Shown here piece after piece: positions 26,420 to 35,939 of a DNA stretch of 64,000 bases. The stretch is from Candidatus Acetothermia bacterium JdFR-48 (GTDB lineage Bacteria > Bipolaricaulota > Bipolaricaulia > Bipolaricaulales > Bipolaricaulaceae). Position numbers and translations under genes: made by a program. The stretch is taken from the NCBI GenBank assembly GCA_002011425.1, contig MTNJ01000053.1, forward strand, positions 11,418 through 75,417. Reading direction: 5' to 3'. Under the pieces are notes generated by a model. It searched no databases, was not told where the DNA came from, and was given only the letters and a program-made list of their open reading frames with translations. Numbering within the stretch: position 1 is the first letter of the stretch; each line of letters starts with the position of its first letter.

Positions 26420-28693
26420 ATGTCGACGCCGACAACGAAAGAACCTCCTTGGGCACTCATCGAGAAGGTCATCGGCTTGGAGCGGCGCAAGGGCTTCCGG
26501 GATGAGGCAGTGGTCGGTGGCCTGGAGGCTTTTCTGAACTTGCACTGGCCCGAAGGTGCCGCCATCGTCCGGGGATATGCCTCCATGGCCCCGGCAGAAC
26601 GGGAACGGGCCCTCGCCCAGCTCGAGGAAGCCCTGGACGCCCGGAAGCGCGAAGTGTTCCGGTCTCTGAAGGTTCCCATCGAGGAGGCGGCCGGGGTCGG
26701 TCCCACCACCGCCAAGCTCCTGCGGAAGCTCGGGATTGAGACGGTGGAAGACCTCCTCACCACCTTCCCTCGTCGGCTCGAGGATCGCTCCGTGAGGAAA
26801 CCCATTTCCTCGGTACAGGACGGGGAATCGGTCACGATCCGGGGAACGGTACGGGCGAAGTCTCGCATCAAGGCGCGCCCTAAACTAGAACTCATAAAGG
26901 TCGCCGTGGACGACGGGACGGGCGTTATCTTCGCCATCTGGTTCAATCAGCCCTGGATCTGGGACGAGATTGAGCAAGGAAAGGAATACTCCTTCTTCGG
27001 GAAAGTCCTGATTCGCTTCGGCGAACGACAGATGGAGAACCCGATCTGGGAGCCAGCTGGGAGGGACTTCCACACCGGCCGTTGGGTCCCCATCTACTCT
27101 TCCACCGAGGGCCTCTCCCAGGGGACGCTCCGGGCGGTCATCAAGCGGAACCTGGCCCGGTTCGGCCCCCTTATCGAAGACCTCCTGCCGGAGGATGTGC
27201 GCCGGCGCAACAAGCTCCTCCCCCGTTGCAAGGCCATCGGGGGGATCCATTTCCCCGAGGGGCCGGGGGCGTTCGAGACGGCTCGGCGGACTTTGGCCTT
27301 CGAGGAGCTGTTCCTCCTGCAGCTCGGGCTCGCCTTGCGCAAGAAGCGCTGGCGCGAGGAAGGAGGTCGGGCCCTGGAACCCGACCCCGAGATGGTGCGG
27401 AAGTTTTTCGAGATGCTACCCTTCGAGCTTACCGGTTCCCAGGTGCGGGCGCTCCGGGAGATCGAACGGGACCTCCGCGCCCCCTACCCTATGATGCGTC
27501 TCCTGCAAGGGGACGTGGGCTCGGGAAAGACGGTGGTGGCCGCAGGGGCCTGTGTGATGGCGATCTCCGCCGGCGCCCAGGCCGCGGTCATGGCTCCCAC
27601 CGAGATCCTTGCCGACCAACATTTCCTCGTGTTTCAGGAGCTTCTCGAGGGGCTCTCCATTCGGGTGGAGCGACTCCTGGGGAGCATCCGGGGGAGGGAA
27701 CGGGACCGTATACTGGAGGGGCTCTCCCGAGGAGAGGTGGATCTCCTCATCGGGACCCACGCTCTCTTCCAAGAGGGCGTGGAGTTCAGAGATCTTGGGT
27801 TAGCGGTGATCGACGAGCAGCACCGTTTTGGGGTGGTCCAGCGCGAGGCCCTCTCCAAGAAGGGGAAAGGCACCAACATCCTCGTCATGTCCGCCACCCC
27901 GATCCCCCGTACCGTCGCCCTCACCTTATACGGAGAGTTCTCTATCTCGGTCCTCTCGGAGATGCCGATCCCCAAGAAGAACGTGCGTACCGTTTGGGTG
28001 TCGGAGTCCCGTCGGGGCGAGGTGTACGAGGAAGTGGAGCGACTGCTCCTGGAAGGGGAGAAGGGATATGTGATCTTCCCGTTGGTGGAGGAGTCGGAGG
28101 AGATGGATCTGCGGGCCGCCACGGTGGCGTACGAAGAGCTCTCGGAGAGGTTCGCCTGGGCCGGGGTGGGGCTCATGCACGGCCGAATTCCTCCGGAGGA
28201 GAAGCGACGGGTGATGGAAGAGTTCCGCCGGGGAAAGATCCGGTTGCTCGTCTCCACCACGGTGGTAGAGGTGGGCCTGGACGTTCCGGACGCGACGTTC
28301 CTCGTGATCGAACACGCGGACCGCTTCGGCCTCTCGCAACTACACCAACTGCGGGGGCGCATCGGGCGTCAGGGTCAGCCCGCCGTCTGTTACGCCATCG
28401 CCGATCCAACCACCGAGGAGGCCCGGCGGCGGCTATCCGCCTTCCGGGACATCGAGGATGGCTTCCGCATTGCGGAGGAGGACCTTCGGATCCGCGGGCC
28501 GGGAGACCTATTGGGCACGGCCCAACACGGGTTCGTTTCGCGCCTCAAGGTGGCGGACTTGATTCGGGACCTGGGCCTCCTGGAATCCGCGCGGGAGGAG
28601 GCCTTCCGGGTGGCGCGGGAAGGGGCCCCGGGGTATCTTGTGGAAGAGGTGGAACGCCGCTTCGGCGAGGCTCTGGAGCGTTTGGGGGTGTGA
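26420..28693 (+). CDS. recG: ATP-dependent DNA helicase RecG
   Basis: 757 aa with a wedge domain plus helicase motifs GDVGSGKT, DEQHRFG, MSATPIPRT and QLHQLRGRIGR. Confidence 0.95.
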   Translation: MSTPTTKEPPWALIEKVIGLERRKGFRDEAVVGGLEAFLNLHWPEGAAIVRGYASMAPAERERALAQLEEALDARKREVFRSLKVPIEEAAGVGPTTAKLLRKLGIETVEDLLTTFPRRLEDRSVRKPISSVQDGESVTIRGTVRAKSRIKARPKLELIKVAVDDGTGVIFAIWFNQPWIWDEIEQGKEYSFFGKVLIRFGERQMENPIWEPAGRDFHTGRWVPIYSSTEGLSQGTLRAVIKRNLARFGPLIEDLLPEDVRRRNKLLPRCKAIGGIHFPEGPGAFETARRTLAFEELFLLQLGLALRKKRWREEGGRALEPDPEMVRKFFEMLPFELTGSQVRALREIERDLRAPYPMMRLLQGDVGSGKTVVAAGACVMAISAGAQAAVMAPTEILADQHFLVFQELLEGLSIRVERLLGSIRGRERDRILEGLSRGEVDLLIGTHALFQEGVEFRDLGLAVIDEQHRFGVVQREALSKKGKGTNILVMSATPIPRTVALTLYGEFSISVLSEMPIPKKNVRTVWVSESRRGEVYEEVERLLLEGEKGYVIFPLVEESEEMDLRAATVAYEELSERFAWAGVGLMHGRIPPEEKRRVMEEFRRGKIRLLVSTTVVEVGLDVPDATFLVIEHADRFGLSQLHQLRGRIGRQGQPAVCYAIADPTTEEARRRLSAFRDIEDGFRIAEEDLRIRGPGDLLGTAQHGFVSRLKVADLIRDLGLLESAREEAFRVAREGAPGYLVEEVERRFGEALERLGV

Positions 28694-28696
28694 GCG

Positions 28697-28990
28697 ATGG
28701 AGATCACGGATGCCTTGATGCGACGGCTGGAGGTGCTCGCGGGGTTCGAACTGTCTCCCGAAGAGCGGGAGGCCCTGCGGGACGACCTCGCCCGGATCCT
28801 CTCCTACTTTCAAAAGCTCCAGGAGCTCGATACCGAGGGGGTTCCCCCGTTTGAGCCCCTCCCCGGAGTGCGGAACGTCTTCCGGGAAGACAAGCCGCGG
28901 GATTCACTCCCACAGCACGAGGCACTCAAGAATGCCCCTCGCCGCGACGACGGCTACTTCGTGGTCCCCCGGGTTTTCGGGGAACCGTAG
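28697..28990 (+). CDS. gatC: Asp/Glu-tRNA amidotransferase subunit C
   Basis: 97 aa. ...LAGFELSPEEREALRDDLARILSYFQKLQELDTEGVPP... follows the typical GatC pattern. Confidence 0.9.
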   Translation: MEITDALMRRLEVLAGFELSPEEREALRDDLARILSYFQKLQELDTEGVPPFEPLPGVRNVFREDKPRDSLPQHEALKNAPRRDDGYFVVPRVFGEP

Positions 28991-28997
28991 CTTTGCC

Positions 28998-29369
28998 TCA
29001 CTGAAAGTAAAGGAGAGCTCCGATGCCCAGGAGGATCGAGCCCACCAAAAGGCACCGGATCAGGAACCTGTACGCTTCTAATGTGTCTCGCACGAGCTGT
29101 TTCGCCCGCTCTCCGATGCCAGCAGGGCTCACTGAGCTCCCGTATTGGTAGGAAAAGGACCGTGTGGAACCCCACCTTCCGAAGAGGCTCAGTGCCCCCA
29201 CGACCCAGGCGCAAAACCCCAGCATCCCGAACGTGTTCCCATACGAGCTCATATCCCGGGCGCCGGCGAGGTGAAGCCCCAACGCCGCGAGGCCCATGAT
29301 CGCCGCGGTGATCCCCACGGTGACACCGAAGTACCTCAACAGGAACCGCCAGAAGCTCTCTACTGCCAC
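28998..29369 (-). CDS. Hypothetical membrane protein (about 4 TM segments)
   Basis: 123 aa with hydrophobic segments and no recognisable family. Occupies the position downstream of pyrH where frr is often found. Confidence 0.5.
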   Translation of the reverse strand: MAVESFWRFLLRYFGVTVGITAAIMGLAALGLHLAGARDMSSYGNTFGMLGFCAWVVGALSLFGRWGSTRSFSYQYGSSVSPAGIGERAKQLVRDTLEAYRFLIRCLLVGSILLGIGALLYFQ

Positions 29370-29414
29370 GAGTTATAGGTTAACGGCCCCGGGGGGTTCG
29401 GCAAGAGCTGAGGA

Positions 29415-30089
29415 TCAACCGATGCGGGAGCCTATCTCGCCCCGCAGGGCCGAGAGGAACGCCCCTTCGCGGTCGGCGCGGAAGACAACGATGGGGAGAT
29501 CGTGTTCGGCGGCGATCTGGACTGCCGCGGGGTCCAGGACCCTGAGACGTCGGGAGAGGTACTCCGTGTGGGAGAGCTGCGGGAGGAGTTCCACGTTCTG
29601 GTTCTCCGCCGGATCCCCGGTGTAGATCCCTTCGACCTTGGAACCTTTGAGGACCAACTCCACGCCCAGCGCCAGCGCTCGCAGGATCGCTGCCGTGTCG
29701 GTGGTGACGTAAGGGAGTCCCGTCCCGCCGGCGAGGATCACCACTTCCCCCGCCGCCAGGGCATCCCGGGCCCGCCAGTGGTCCACGGGGCCCGCCACTC
29801 CGGGAATGGGGAGGGCGGAGAGGACACGGGCCTCCTTTCCCTCATCTCGCAGGGCGTCCCGCAGGGCGAGGGCATTTATCACCGTGGCGAGCATCCCCAT
29901 CAAATGACCAGTGGCGGGGCTAGGGGTCTTCGCGCCACGGAGGATGTTCCCCCCGCCCACCACCACCGCGATCTCGGCCTCGCTCGAGGCGGCGGCGATT
30001 TCCCGTGCGTAGAAGGAAAAAGCCTCCCAGTCGATGGGAGGCTTCCTTCCCGCTAAAAGTTCTCCCGAGAGCTTCAGCAGTACCCGCAC
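29415..30089 (-). CDS. pyrH: UMP kinase
   Basis: RVLLKLSGELLAG, VVVGGGNILRG, VVILAGGTGLPYVTTD. GTG at 30089 lies 1 nt after the tsf stop and gives the canonical N-terminus. The ORF-track TTG at 30119 is probably too long. Confidence 0.9.
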   Translation of the reverse strand: MRVLLKLSGELLAGRKPPIDWEAFSFYAREIAAASSEAEIAVVVGGGNILRGAKTPSPATGHLMGMLATVINALALRDALRDEGKEARVLSALPIPGVAGPVDHWRARDALAAGEVVILAGGTGLPYVTTDTAAILRALALGVELVLKGSKVEGIYTGDPAENQNVELLPQLSHTEYLSRRLRVLDPAAVQIAAEHDLPIVVFRADREGAFLSALRGEIGSRIG

Positions 30090-30090
30090 T

Positions 30091-30684
30091 TCACTCTTCT
30101 CCCACCTCGAAGCGGGCAAAGCGTTTAATCACGATTTGCTCGGAGATTTTATGCCGGAGTTCCCCGAGGACATCCTCTACCGTGAGGGAGGGATCTTTGA
30201 CGTAGGGCTGTTTGAGGAGACAGTTCTCCTCGAAGAACTTCTGGATGCGCCCTTCCACGATCTTCTCCACAATGTGAGAGGGCTTGCCCTCCTTTTCCGC
30301 TTGGGTACGGAGGATCTCCTTCTCCTCCTCGACCACGTCTTCGGGAACGTCTTCGGGCGAGATCCAACGGGGCTTTGACGCCGCAATGTGCATGGCCAAA
30401 TTCTTGATGAAATCCCGGAATTCTTGTGAATTGGCGGCGAAGTCGGTGACGGTATTCACCTCGACCAGCACTCCCACCTTGCCCGAGTGGTGGATGTAAG
30501 CCTCGACCCGCCCCTCCTTCGTCTCGCGCCCCTTGTGCGAAAGGAACTCCTTGCCCTTCTCGCGAAGTATCTTCTTCGCCTTTTCAAGATCGCCCTCGGC
30601 CTCGATGAGAGCCTGTTTACATTCCATGATGCCGATCCCAGTCTCCTCGCGGAGTTTCTTTATGAGATCAAGCGTAATTTCCAT
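30091..30684 (-). CDS. tsf: Translation elongation factor Ts
   Basis: MEITLDLIKKLREETGIGIMECKQALIEAEGDLEKA (UBA-like N-terminus). 197 aa. Part of the rpsB-tsf-pyrH order. Confidence 0.95.
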   Translation of the reverse strand: MEITLDLIKKLREETGIGIMECKQALIEAEGDLEKAKKILREKGKEFLSHKGRETKEGRVEAYIHHSGKVGVLVEVNTVTDFAANSQEFRDFIKNLAMHIAASKPRWISPEDVPEDVVEEEKEILRTQAEKEGKPSHIVEKIVEGRIQKFFEENCLLKQPYVKDPSLTVEDVLGELRHKISEQIVIKRFARFEVGEE

Positions 30685-30688
30685 ACCC

Positions 30689-31525
30689 TTACTCCTTCCC
30701 TTCTTCCTCGAGGAGTTCCTTCAACATCTCGCCGTAGTGGGCCTCGAGCTCTTCGTCCTTGAGCGGCACTTCACCTATGGCCGGCAAAGCCTCTTCCATG
30801 GAAGGGAGCTCCTCCTCGACGGGGGTGGGCTCGGTGACTTGGAGTCCCTCCCGTCCTTCAATGACCGCGTCAGCGATCTTCTTGCTGATGAGGCGGGTGG
30901 CCTTGATGGCGTCATCGTTTCCAGGGATGGGGTAGTCGATGAGGTCAGGATCGCAGTTGGTATCACAAATTGCTATCACGGGAATCCCTAGGATATTCGC
31001 CTCACGGACGGCGTGGACCTCCACCGTGGGGTCAACCACGTATACCACCCCGGGAAGCCGGGTCATCTCTCGCAGCCCGTCTAGGTTACGGCGCAACTTC
31101 ACCAATTCCCGCTGGAGTTTGACCCTCTCCTTCAAGGGGAGTCGTTCGTATTTGCCTTCCTCGAAGTTGCGCTCTAGCTCTACCATGTAGAGGACCCTCT
31201 TGCGGATGGTCTCGAAATTAGTGAGGGTTCCCCCGAGCCAACGGCGGTTAACGTAGTGGGCACCACAGCGTTTGGCCTCCTCCTCGATGGTGGCTTGGAC
31301 CTGTTTTTTGGTGCCCACGAAGAGGATCTCGTCGCCGGCCGCAGCCCGCTCCCGCACGAAAAAGTAAGCCTTCTCCAGGTGTTCGATGGTCTTCGCGAGG
31401 TCGATGATGTGTATCCCCTTGCGCTCGGTATAGATGAAGGGCTTCATCTTGGGATTCCATTTGCGGGTCCGGTGACCGAAGTGCACGCCGGCTTCGAGAA
31501 GCTCTTTCATCGTCACGATAGCCAC
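30689..31525 (-). CDS. rpsB: 30S ribosomal protein S2
   Basis: [24 protein letters not shown]. Start is uncertain among GTG at 31525 (GGGGGAGG upstream), ATG at 31510, and the ORF-track TTG at 31567. Confidence 0.95.
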   Translation of the reverse strand: MAIVTMKELLEAGVHFGHRTRKWNPKMKPFIYTERKGIHIIDLAKTIEHLEKAYFFVRERAAAGDEILFVGTKKQVQATIEEEAKRCGAHYVNRRWLGGTLTNFETIRKRVLYMVELERNFEEGKYERLPLKERVKLQRELVKLRRNLDGLREMTRLPGVVYVVDPTVEVHAVREANILGIPVIAICDTNCDPDLIDYPIPGNDDAIKATRLISKKIADAVIEGREGLQVTEPTPVEEELPSMEEALPAIGEVPLKDEELEAHYGEMLKELLEEEGKE

Positions 31526-31869
31526 ATTTCCTCCCCCTTTCTTCTCCAGGATTTCAAGCGATGCCAAGTATATCTTGGCCTTTTTGACTCCGCAATAACT
31601 CGGCTTCGGTTGGTCGTCGGGCTTGAGGGGCCCTTGGACAGCCTACCGGGCAGGGAGTGCTCTCGGTGCTGAACTTGGCCACAGGTTCTCCACATCGGTC
31701 CCGCTATCCCGCTCCACAGATCTCACCGATCTATGGGAATCTGGGAGAATCAGGTTTTTCGCCGAACGTCTTAGACTGTCTCCACCGAGTGTTGGACTCA
31801 TCGCTGACGTACGGGGCCGAAGCAAGGCATGGATGAACCCCACGGGAGTTCGGGTACACTCCACCGCCC

Positions 31870-33051
31870 GTGGACATCGAGGTCCTGGAGAAGCAGCGAA
31901 CGCGGCTCGGGAAATTCGTGGCCCCCTTGGCGGTGGCACTGACCTCGTCCTATACGGCAGGGTCGGCCATGGGGATGCTCGTCCAACTCTATCTCAAAAG
32001 CCTGGGATCACCCCATATCCTCATCGCCCTCGGGACGAGCGCGAGGTCGCTGGGAAGTGTGCTCGGCGGCGTCATATTGGGCCGTCTAGCGAGCCGCTAC
32101 CCTTATAAGCCGCTCCTCCTCACGTCTATGGCCCTGGGAGCCCTAGGACTCTCGATCCTCATCTTCCTCCCTCCCGCCTCACTGGCCCTTGGAGCGGCCT
32201 TCGCCAGGGCCTTCGCCGGGGCGGGGTTCGCCGCCGTGGCCATGGCCCTCGTCTCCGGCCTGAGCTCCAGACGAAGGCGGGGCCGAAACCTCTCTTACAT
32301 CACCTCGGCCCGGTCTCTCGGGCTCATGTTGGGGAAGCTCGCCGGCGGCGGATTCCTCGCCTGGTGGGGCTTCCGCGGGAGTTTCGTCGCCCTGGCCGCC
32401 CTCCCCCTCCTCGGGCTCCTCGCCCTGGTCCCTCTGCCCGGCGTGGAGGCGGGGCACGGGCCGCGCAAGCTGGCCACGTTGCGGTCGCTCCGGGACTGGG
32501 GTCTCCTCTCGCTCTTTCTGGGTGCCCTCTTCCGCCAGATGGGGACGAGCGGGTTCTTCGCCTTCATCTACGTATACATGGCCGACCTCGGGATACCCAC
32601 GGGGGCCATGGGCGCCCTCGCGGCGCTCAATCACGCTCTCCAGGTCCTCGGGATGCTGCTCTTCGGCAGGATGAGCGATAGGGTGGGACGACGGATCGTC
32701 TTCCTGGGAGGCTTTGGCCTCTCGGTGCTCGTGCCGTTAGTCTTCGCCCTCTCGCGTGGGCCGGGCGGGATCGCCGCGGGCTTTGCGCTGTTGGGCATCG
32801 CCTTCAGCTCCCTCTACATCGGCTCCACAGCGCACCTCGGCGACGTTGTGCCTCTGGAACGGCAGGGGGAGATCCTGGGGCTCTTCGACTCCACCCGGGC
32901 TCTCGGTGGGATGTTCGGCCCGGTTCTCTCGGGGGCCCTGGCTCCGCTCTTCGGGCTCCGGGAGGCCTTCATCGCCATGGCCGCGGTGAGCGGACTCGGC
33001 TTCCTTCTCGTCCTCCTCCGCAAGCCTCGCCCTAGAGCCTCTTCGCGCTGA
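31870..33051 (+). CDS. MFS transporter
   Basis: 393 aa with about 12 hydrophobic segments and the MFS loop motif GRLASRYPYKP / GRMSDRVGRR. GTG start. Confidence 0.85.
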   Translation: MDIEVLEKQRTRLGKFVAPLAVALTSSYTAGSAMGMLVQLYLKSLGSPHILIALGTSARSLGSVLGGVILGRLASRYPYKPLLLTSMALGALGLSILIFLPPASLALGAAFARAFAGAGFAAVAMALVSGLSSRRRRGRNLSYITSARSLGLMLGKLAGGGFLAWWGFRGSFVALAALPLLGLLALVPLPGVEAGHGPRKLATLRSLRDWGLLSLFLGALFRQMGTSGFFAFIYVYMADLGIPTGAMGALAALNHALQVLGMLLFGRMSDRVGRRIVFLGGFGLSVLVPLVFALSRGPGGIAAGFALLGIAFSSLYIGSTAHLGDVVPLERQGEILGLFDSTRALGGMFGPVLSGALAPLFGLREAFIAMAAVSGLGFLLVLLRKPRPRASSR

Positions 33052-33778
33052 GGACGATCCTCTCTTTTGTGAGGAGCCTCCACGCGAAGAGGAGGGATGT
33101 CGCCAGGATGAACAAACCCGTCCCCGCGTTGACCCAGGCGAACGACCACTCCGCGAACTCGAGCCCCAGACGAGGGAGTACATTGGAGACCGCGAGGACG
33201 ATCACTACCACCGACAGCGAGGCGATATTGGGGTTGGCCACCAGGAGGCCGATCAGGTTGACCAGCGCCGCGATCCCGAGACCGAGGAAGGGCACGCCGA
33301 CCCCCACCGTGGCCACCACCGGACCGGGGAAGAGGGGATTCCCGAGGACGGGCACCACCGCCGCGGCGTTCAGGGCCCAGAGGACACCGAAACTCACTAC
33401 CATTCCCGCGGCGAAGGCCGGAAGGAAGCACCCCGCGACCTTCCCCCACCACAGGGCCCATGGCCCCAGGGGCGTGGCGAGAAGGGCTTCTAGGGCGCCC
33501 TTTGCCTTCTCTTGGGTGAGAGTTCCCACCCCGAGCATCACTCCCAAAAAGACCACGCAGAGGAGGGCGACGAGGTACCCAGAGAGTCCGAGGGTGTTCA
33601 CAACCCAGGGGGCGACTATGTCCCATGGGCCCTTTGCGAGGAGCTCGGCCAGCATCCCCTTCATCGCGAAGAAGACCGGGACGATTCCCAGAAGGAGCAC
33701 CGCGATGGCGATCATCCCCTGCCGGTGACGCAGGTTCGCACGCAGGGAGTGGGCCGCGATGGTAAAAAAGTTCCTCAT
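33032..33778 (-). CDS. ABC-2 type exporter permease
   Basis: 248 aa with 6 TM segments. ATGA overlap with the upstream ATPase gene. Confidence 0.75.
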   Translation of the reverse strand: MRNFFTIAAHSLRANLRHRQGMIAIAVLLLGIVPVFFAMKGMLAELLAKGPWDIVAPWVVNTLGLSGYLVALLCVVFLGVMLGVGTLTQEKAKGALEALLATPLGPWALWWGKVAGCFLPAFAAGMVVSFGVLWALNAAAVVPVLGNPLFPGPVVATVGVGVPFLGLGIAALVNLIGLLVANPNIASLSVVVIVLAVSNVLPRLGLEFAEWSFAWVNAGTGLFILATSLLFAWRLLTKERIVLSAKRL

Positions 33779-34680
33779 TCCCCCTCCGCGAGGATCTGTC
33801 GGTAGAGCTCCTCCAATGATGCCCGGCGTCGATAGATCGCCTCGATCTCAAGGCCGAGTTCGCTGAGCGTCTGTGCTAATTCTGAAATTCCGACATCGTC
33901 CCCCGGTTCAAAGATCAATCGCTGTCCTTGGACGCCCTTGAAACCGAGCCGTTCCTCGTGTTGAAGTTTCGTTAACATTTCAGATGGTGGCTCTGTGGGG
34001 AGTTCCACTGCGTAGCCCTGCCCTCCGGCGCGGAGTTCCTCCACCCCGCCCTGGAGCCGAATCTCTCCTCGGTGGATGAGGGCGATGCGGTTGCAGAGGC
34101 GCTCCACTTCGTCGAGGTTGTGAGAGCTGAAGAAAACGGTCTTTCCCGAGGTAGCGAGCTCCCGAATGAGTTCCCTCACTTCCATCTGGCCTGAGGGGTC
34201 GAGGCCGGCAGTAGGTTCGTCGAGGACGAGGATCTCGGGGTCGTGGAGGAGAGCTCGCGCCAGGGCGAGTCGCTGGCGCATCCCACGGGAGAAGGTCCCC
34301 ACCCGCCCTCTTTCCTTCCCCCGGAGGCCAACGAGAGCGAGGACTTTCTCGACCTCTGGGGAACGGACCCCGTAGAGCCTGGCGAACAGGGAGAGATTCT
34401 CAGCCGCAGTGAGGCCGTCGAAGAGGCCGTCGCTCTCGAGCACGAAACCGAGCTTCATACGTGCCCCGGAGCTGGCGGGCTCCCCTAGGAGGAGGATCTC
34501 CCCGGAATCCGCGGTCAACAGCCCTAGGAGGACGCGGATAGTGGTAGTCTTCCCCGCGCCGTTTGGACCGAGATACCCGAAGACGTCTCCATGATATACC
34601 TCTAGGGAAATTCCCCGGAGAACTTCCCGCCCGCCGAGGCTTTTCCGCACTCCACGCAGGGAGATGGCGGTGTCCATCAA
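33775..34680 (-). CDS. ABC transporter ATP-binding protein (ABC-2/DrrA-like)
   Basis: Walker A GPNGAGKTT, signature FSRGMRQRLALARAL, Walker B ILVLDEPTAGLD, H-loop FFSSHNL. Confidence 0.9.
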   Translation of the reverse strand: MMDTAISLRGVRKSLGGREVLRGISLEVYHGDVFGYLGPNGAGKTTTIRVLLGLLTADSGEILLLGEPASSGARMKLGFVLESDGLFDGLTAAENLSLFARLYGVRSPEVEKVLALVGLRGKERGRVGTFSRGMRQRLALARALLHDPEILVLDEPTAGLDPSGQMEVRELIRELATSGKTVFFSSHNLDEVERLCNRIALIHRGEIRLQGGVEELRAGGQGYAVELPTEPPSEMLTKLQHEERLGFKGVQGQRLIFEPGDDVGISELAQTLSELGLEIEAIYRRRASLEELYRQILAEGE

Positions 34681-35840
34681 ATCCCCGGCCTCTTTGGCCG
34701 TCGCAGGACCTCCAGAGGCTCTCGCTTGACGAGGACCTTGGGGAGGTCTCCCATGCGTTTTATGAGCCGGCGATACCCTTCGGCCGCCCGGGCGATGTCA
34801 CCCACCGCGACCCGTTCGTCCGGCTGGTGGGCCAGGGCCTCGTCGCCCGGACCATAACCGATGGTGGGGAGCTCGTAGGTCCCTGCGGAGATCACCCCAT
34901 CAGTGGAGAACCTCCAAATGCGGAAGGGAGGATGGTCCAGGGCGTGCCACGCCCATTGGACGAAGCCCTCGGCGGGATCGAAGTACCACGCGGGGTAGAA
35001 ATGTTCCACGGTGAAGGTCTCATCCGTATAGCTCTTGAGCTCCTCCCGGGCGATGGCCACCTCCAGGTCCAGGTCCTTATAGGTTTCGAGCACCGAGTCC
35101 CGGGTCTCGCCGAGGACGATTCTCCTGTCGAGTTCGGCGATGCAACGGTCTGGGACAATGGGGCCCCACGTCGGGGTGTAGATGGAGGTCAGGGCGTGTG
35201 TTCCCTTCCCGAGGATGGGATCATCAGGGAGGTTCCGGGAGAGGACCTTGGGGAGCTGCTTGACCATGAGGTCGATAGCGTTTTGGCCGAGGTTGGGCAT
35301 GGAGGCGTGGGCGGTCTTCCCCCGCGTGAGGAGCTTTATCACCACGCGGCCCCGATGACCGATCCCCAAGCGTAGGTCCGTGGGCTCGCCCAGCACCACC
35401 AAATCTGGGACGTCCACCACTTCCAGAACCCGACCGAGCGCCGTCCCCTCGGCCATTTCCTCGTGGGGGACGTATGTGAGATAGAGGGTCCCCTGGACCG
35501 CGTCCCGGGAGGCGGCCGTGGCGGCGATCTGGGCGGCGATGGCCCCCTTCATGTCCACGGCCCCCCGACCCCAGATGTAGCCCCCTCTTTCCTCTCCAGA
35601 GAAGGGGGGAGCGGACCAAACTGCTTCGTCTCCCGGGGGCACAGTATCCATATGACCTTCGAAGACGATGGTGGGGCCTTCTCCATTCCGGATCTGGGCG
35701 ATGATCGCGCCCAAGGGTCCACGCTCCACCGCCGCGAACCGCTGCAAGGTCTTGACCAGAAAGTCGGCGAGGTCCCCTTCGTCGCCGGAGAGACTTTCAA
35801 TGCGAAGCAACTCCGCAGCCAACTCCACCGGATCGATCAT
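34677..35840 (-). CDS. M20-family metallopeptidase / deacylase (ArgE/DapE-like)
   Basis: IVFEGHMDTVPPGD, GRGAVDMKGAIAA, and a dimerisation-domain insert. Four-nt overlap with the downstream ABC ATPase gene. Confidence 0.85.
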   Translation of the reverse strand: MIDPVELAAELLRIESLSGDEGDLADFLVKTLQRFAAVERGPLGAIIAQIRNGEGPTIVFEGHMDTVPPGDEAVWSAPPFSGEERGGYIWGRGAVDMKGAIAAQIAATAASRDAVQGTLYLTYVPHEEMAEGTALGRVLEVVDVPDLVVLGEPTDLRLGIGHRGRVVIKLLTRGKTAHASMPNLGQNAIDLMVKQLPKVLSRNLPDDPILGKGTHALTSIYTPTWGPIVPDRCIAELDRRIVLGETRDSVLETYKDLDLEVAIAREELKSYTDETFTVEHFYPAWYFDPAEGFVQWAWHALDHPPFRIWRFSTDGVISAGTYELPTIGYGPGDEALAHQPDERVAVGDIARAAEGYRRLIKRMGDLPKVLVKREPLEVLRRPKRPGI

Positions 35841-35939
35841 CTATCTTCATCCTCCGCGACGAGCCATAGTGAAAGACCGTGACTGACAGTCCAGATTATA
35901 GATGAATTTCTTCACTTGTGGGCCTCGAGAACGAAGTTG

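Noticed and set aside
25852-26946. 364-aa minus-strand ORF extending def far upstream
   Set aside because: Only the C-terminal 176 aa (from the ATG at 26382, with a good SD) look like deformylase. The N-terminal 188 aa are S/R/P/A-rich, low-complexity sequence antisense to the strongly supported recG gene.
27082-28854. 590-aa plus-strand ORF (R/G/P-rich) inside recG, and similar long alternative-frame or antisense ORFs (for example 21869-22822, 32814-33851, 38448-39197, 40852-41631, 51438-52484)
   Set aside because: They show the composition typical of off-frame translation of high-G+C coding DNA (Arg/Gly/Pro/Ala runs, few stops). Each is fully overlapped by a gene with clear family motifs.
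31568-31869. 300-nt divergent gap between rpsB and the MFS gene checked for an ncRNA (for example SRP-like GGCCGAAGCAAGGCA) or an rpsB leader
   Set aside because: There is no convincing match to the SRP RNA, tmRNA, 6S or RNase P hallmarks that I can recognise by eye. It needs an Rfam scan before any call.
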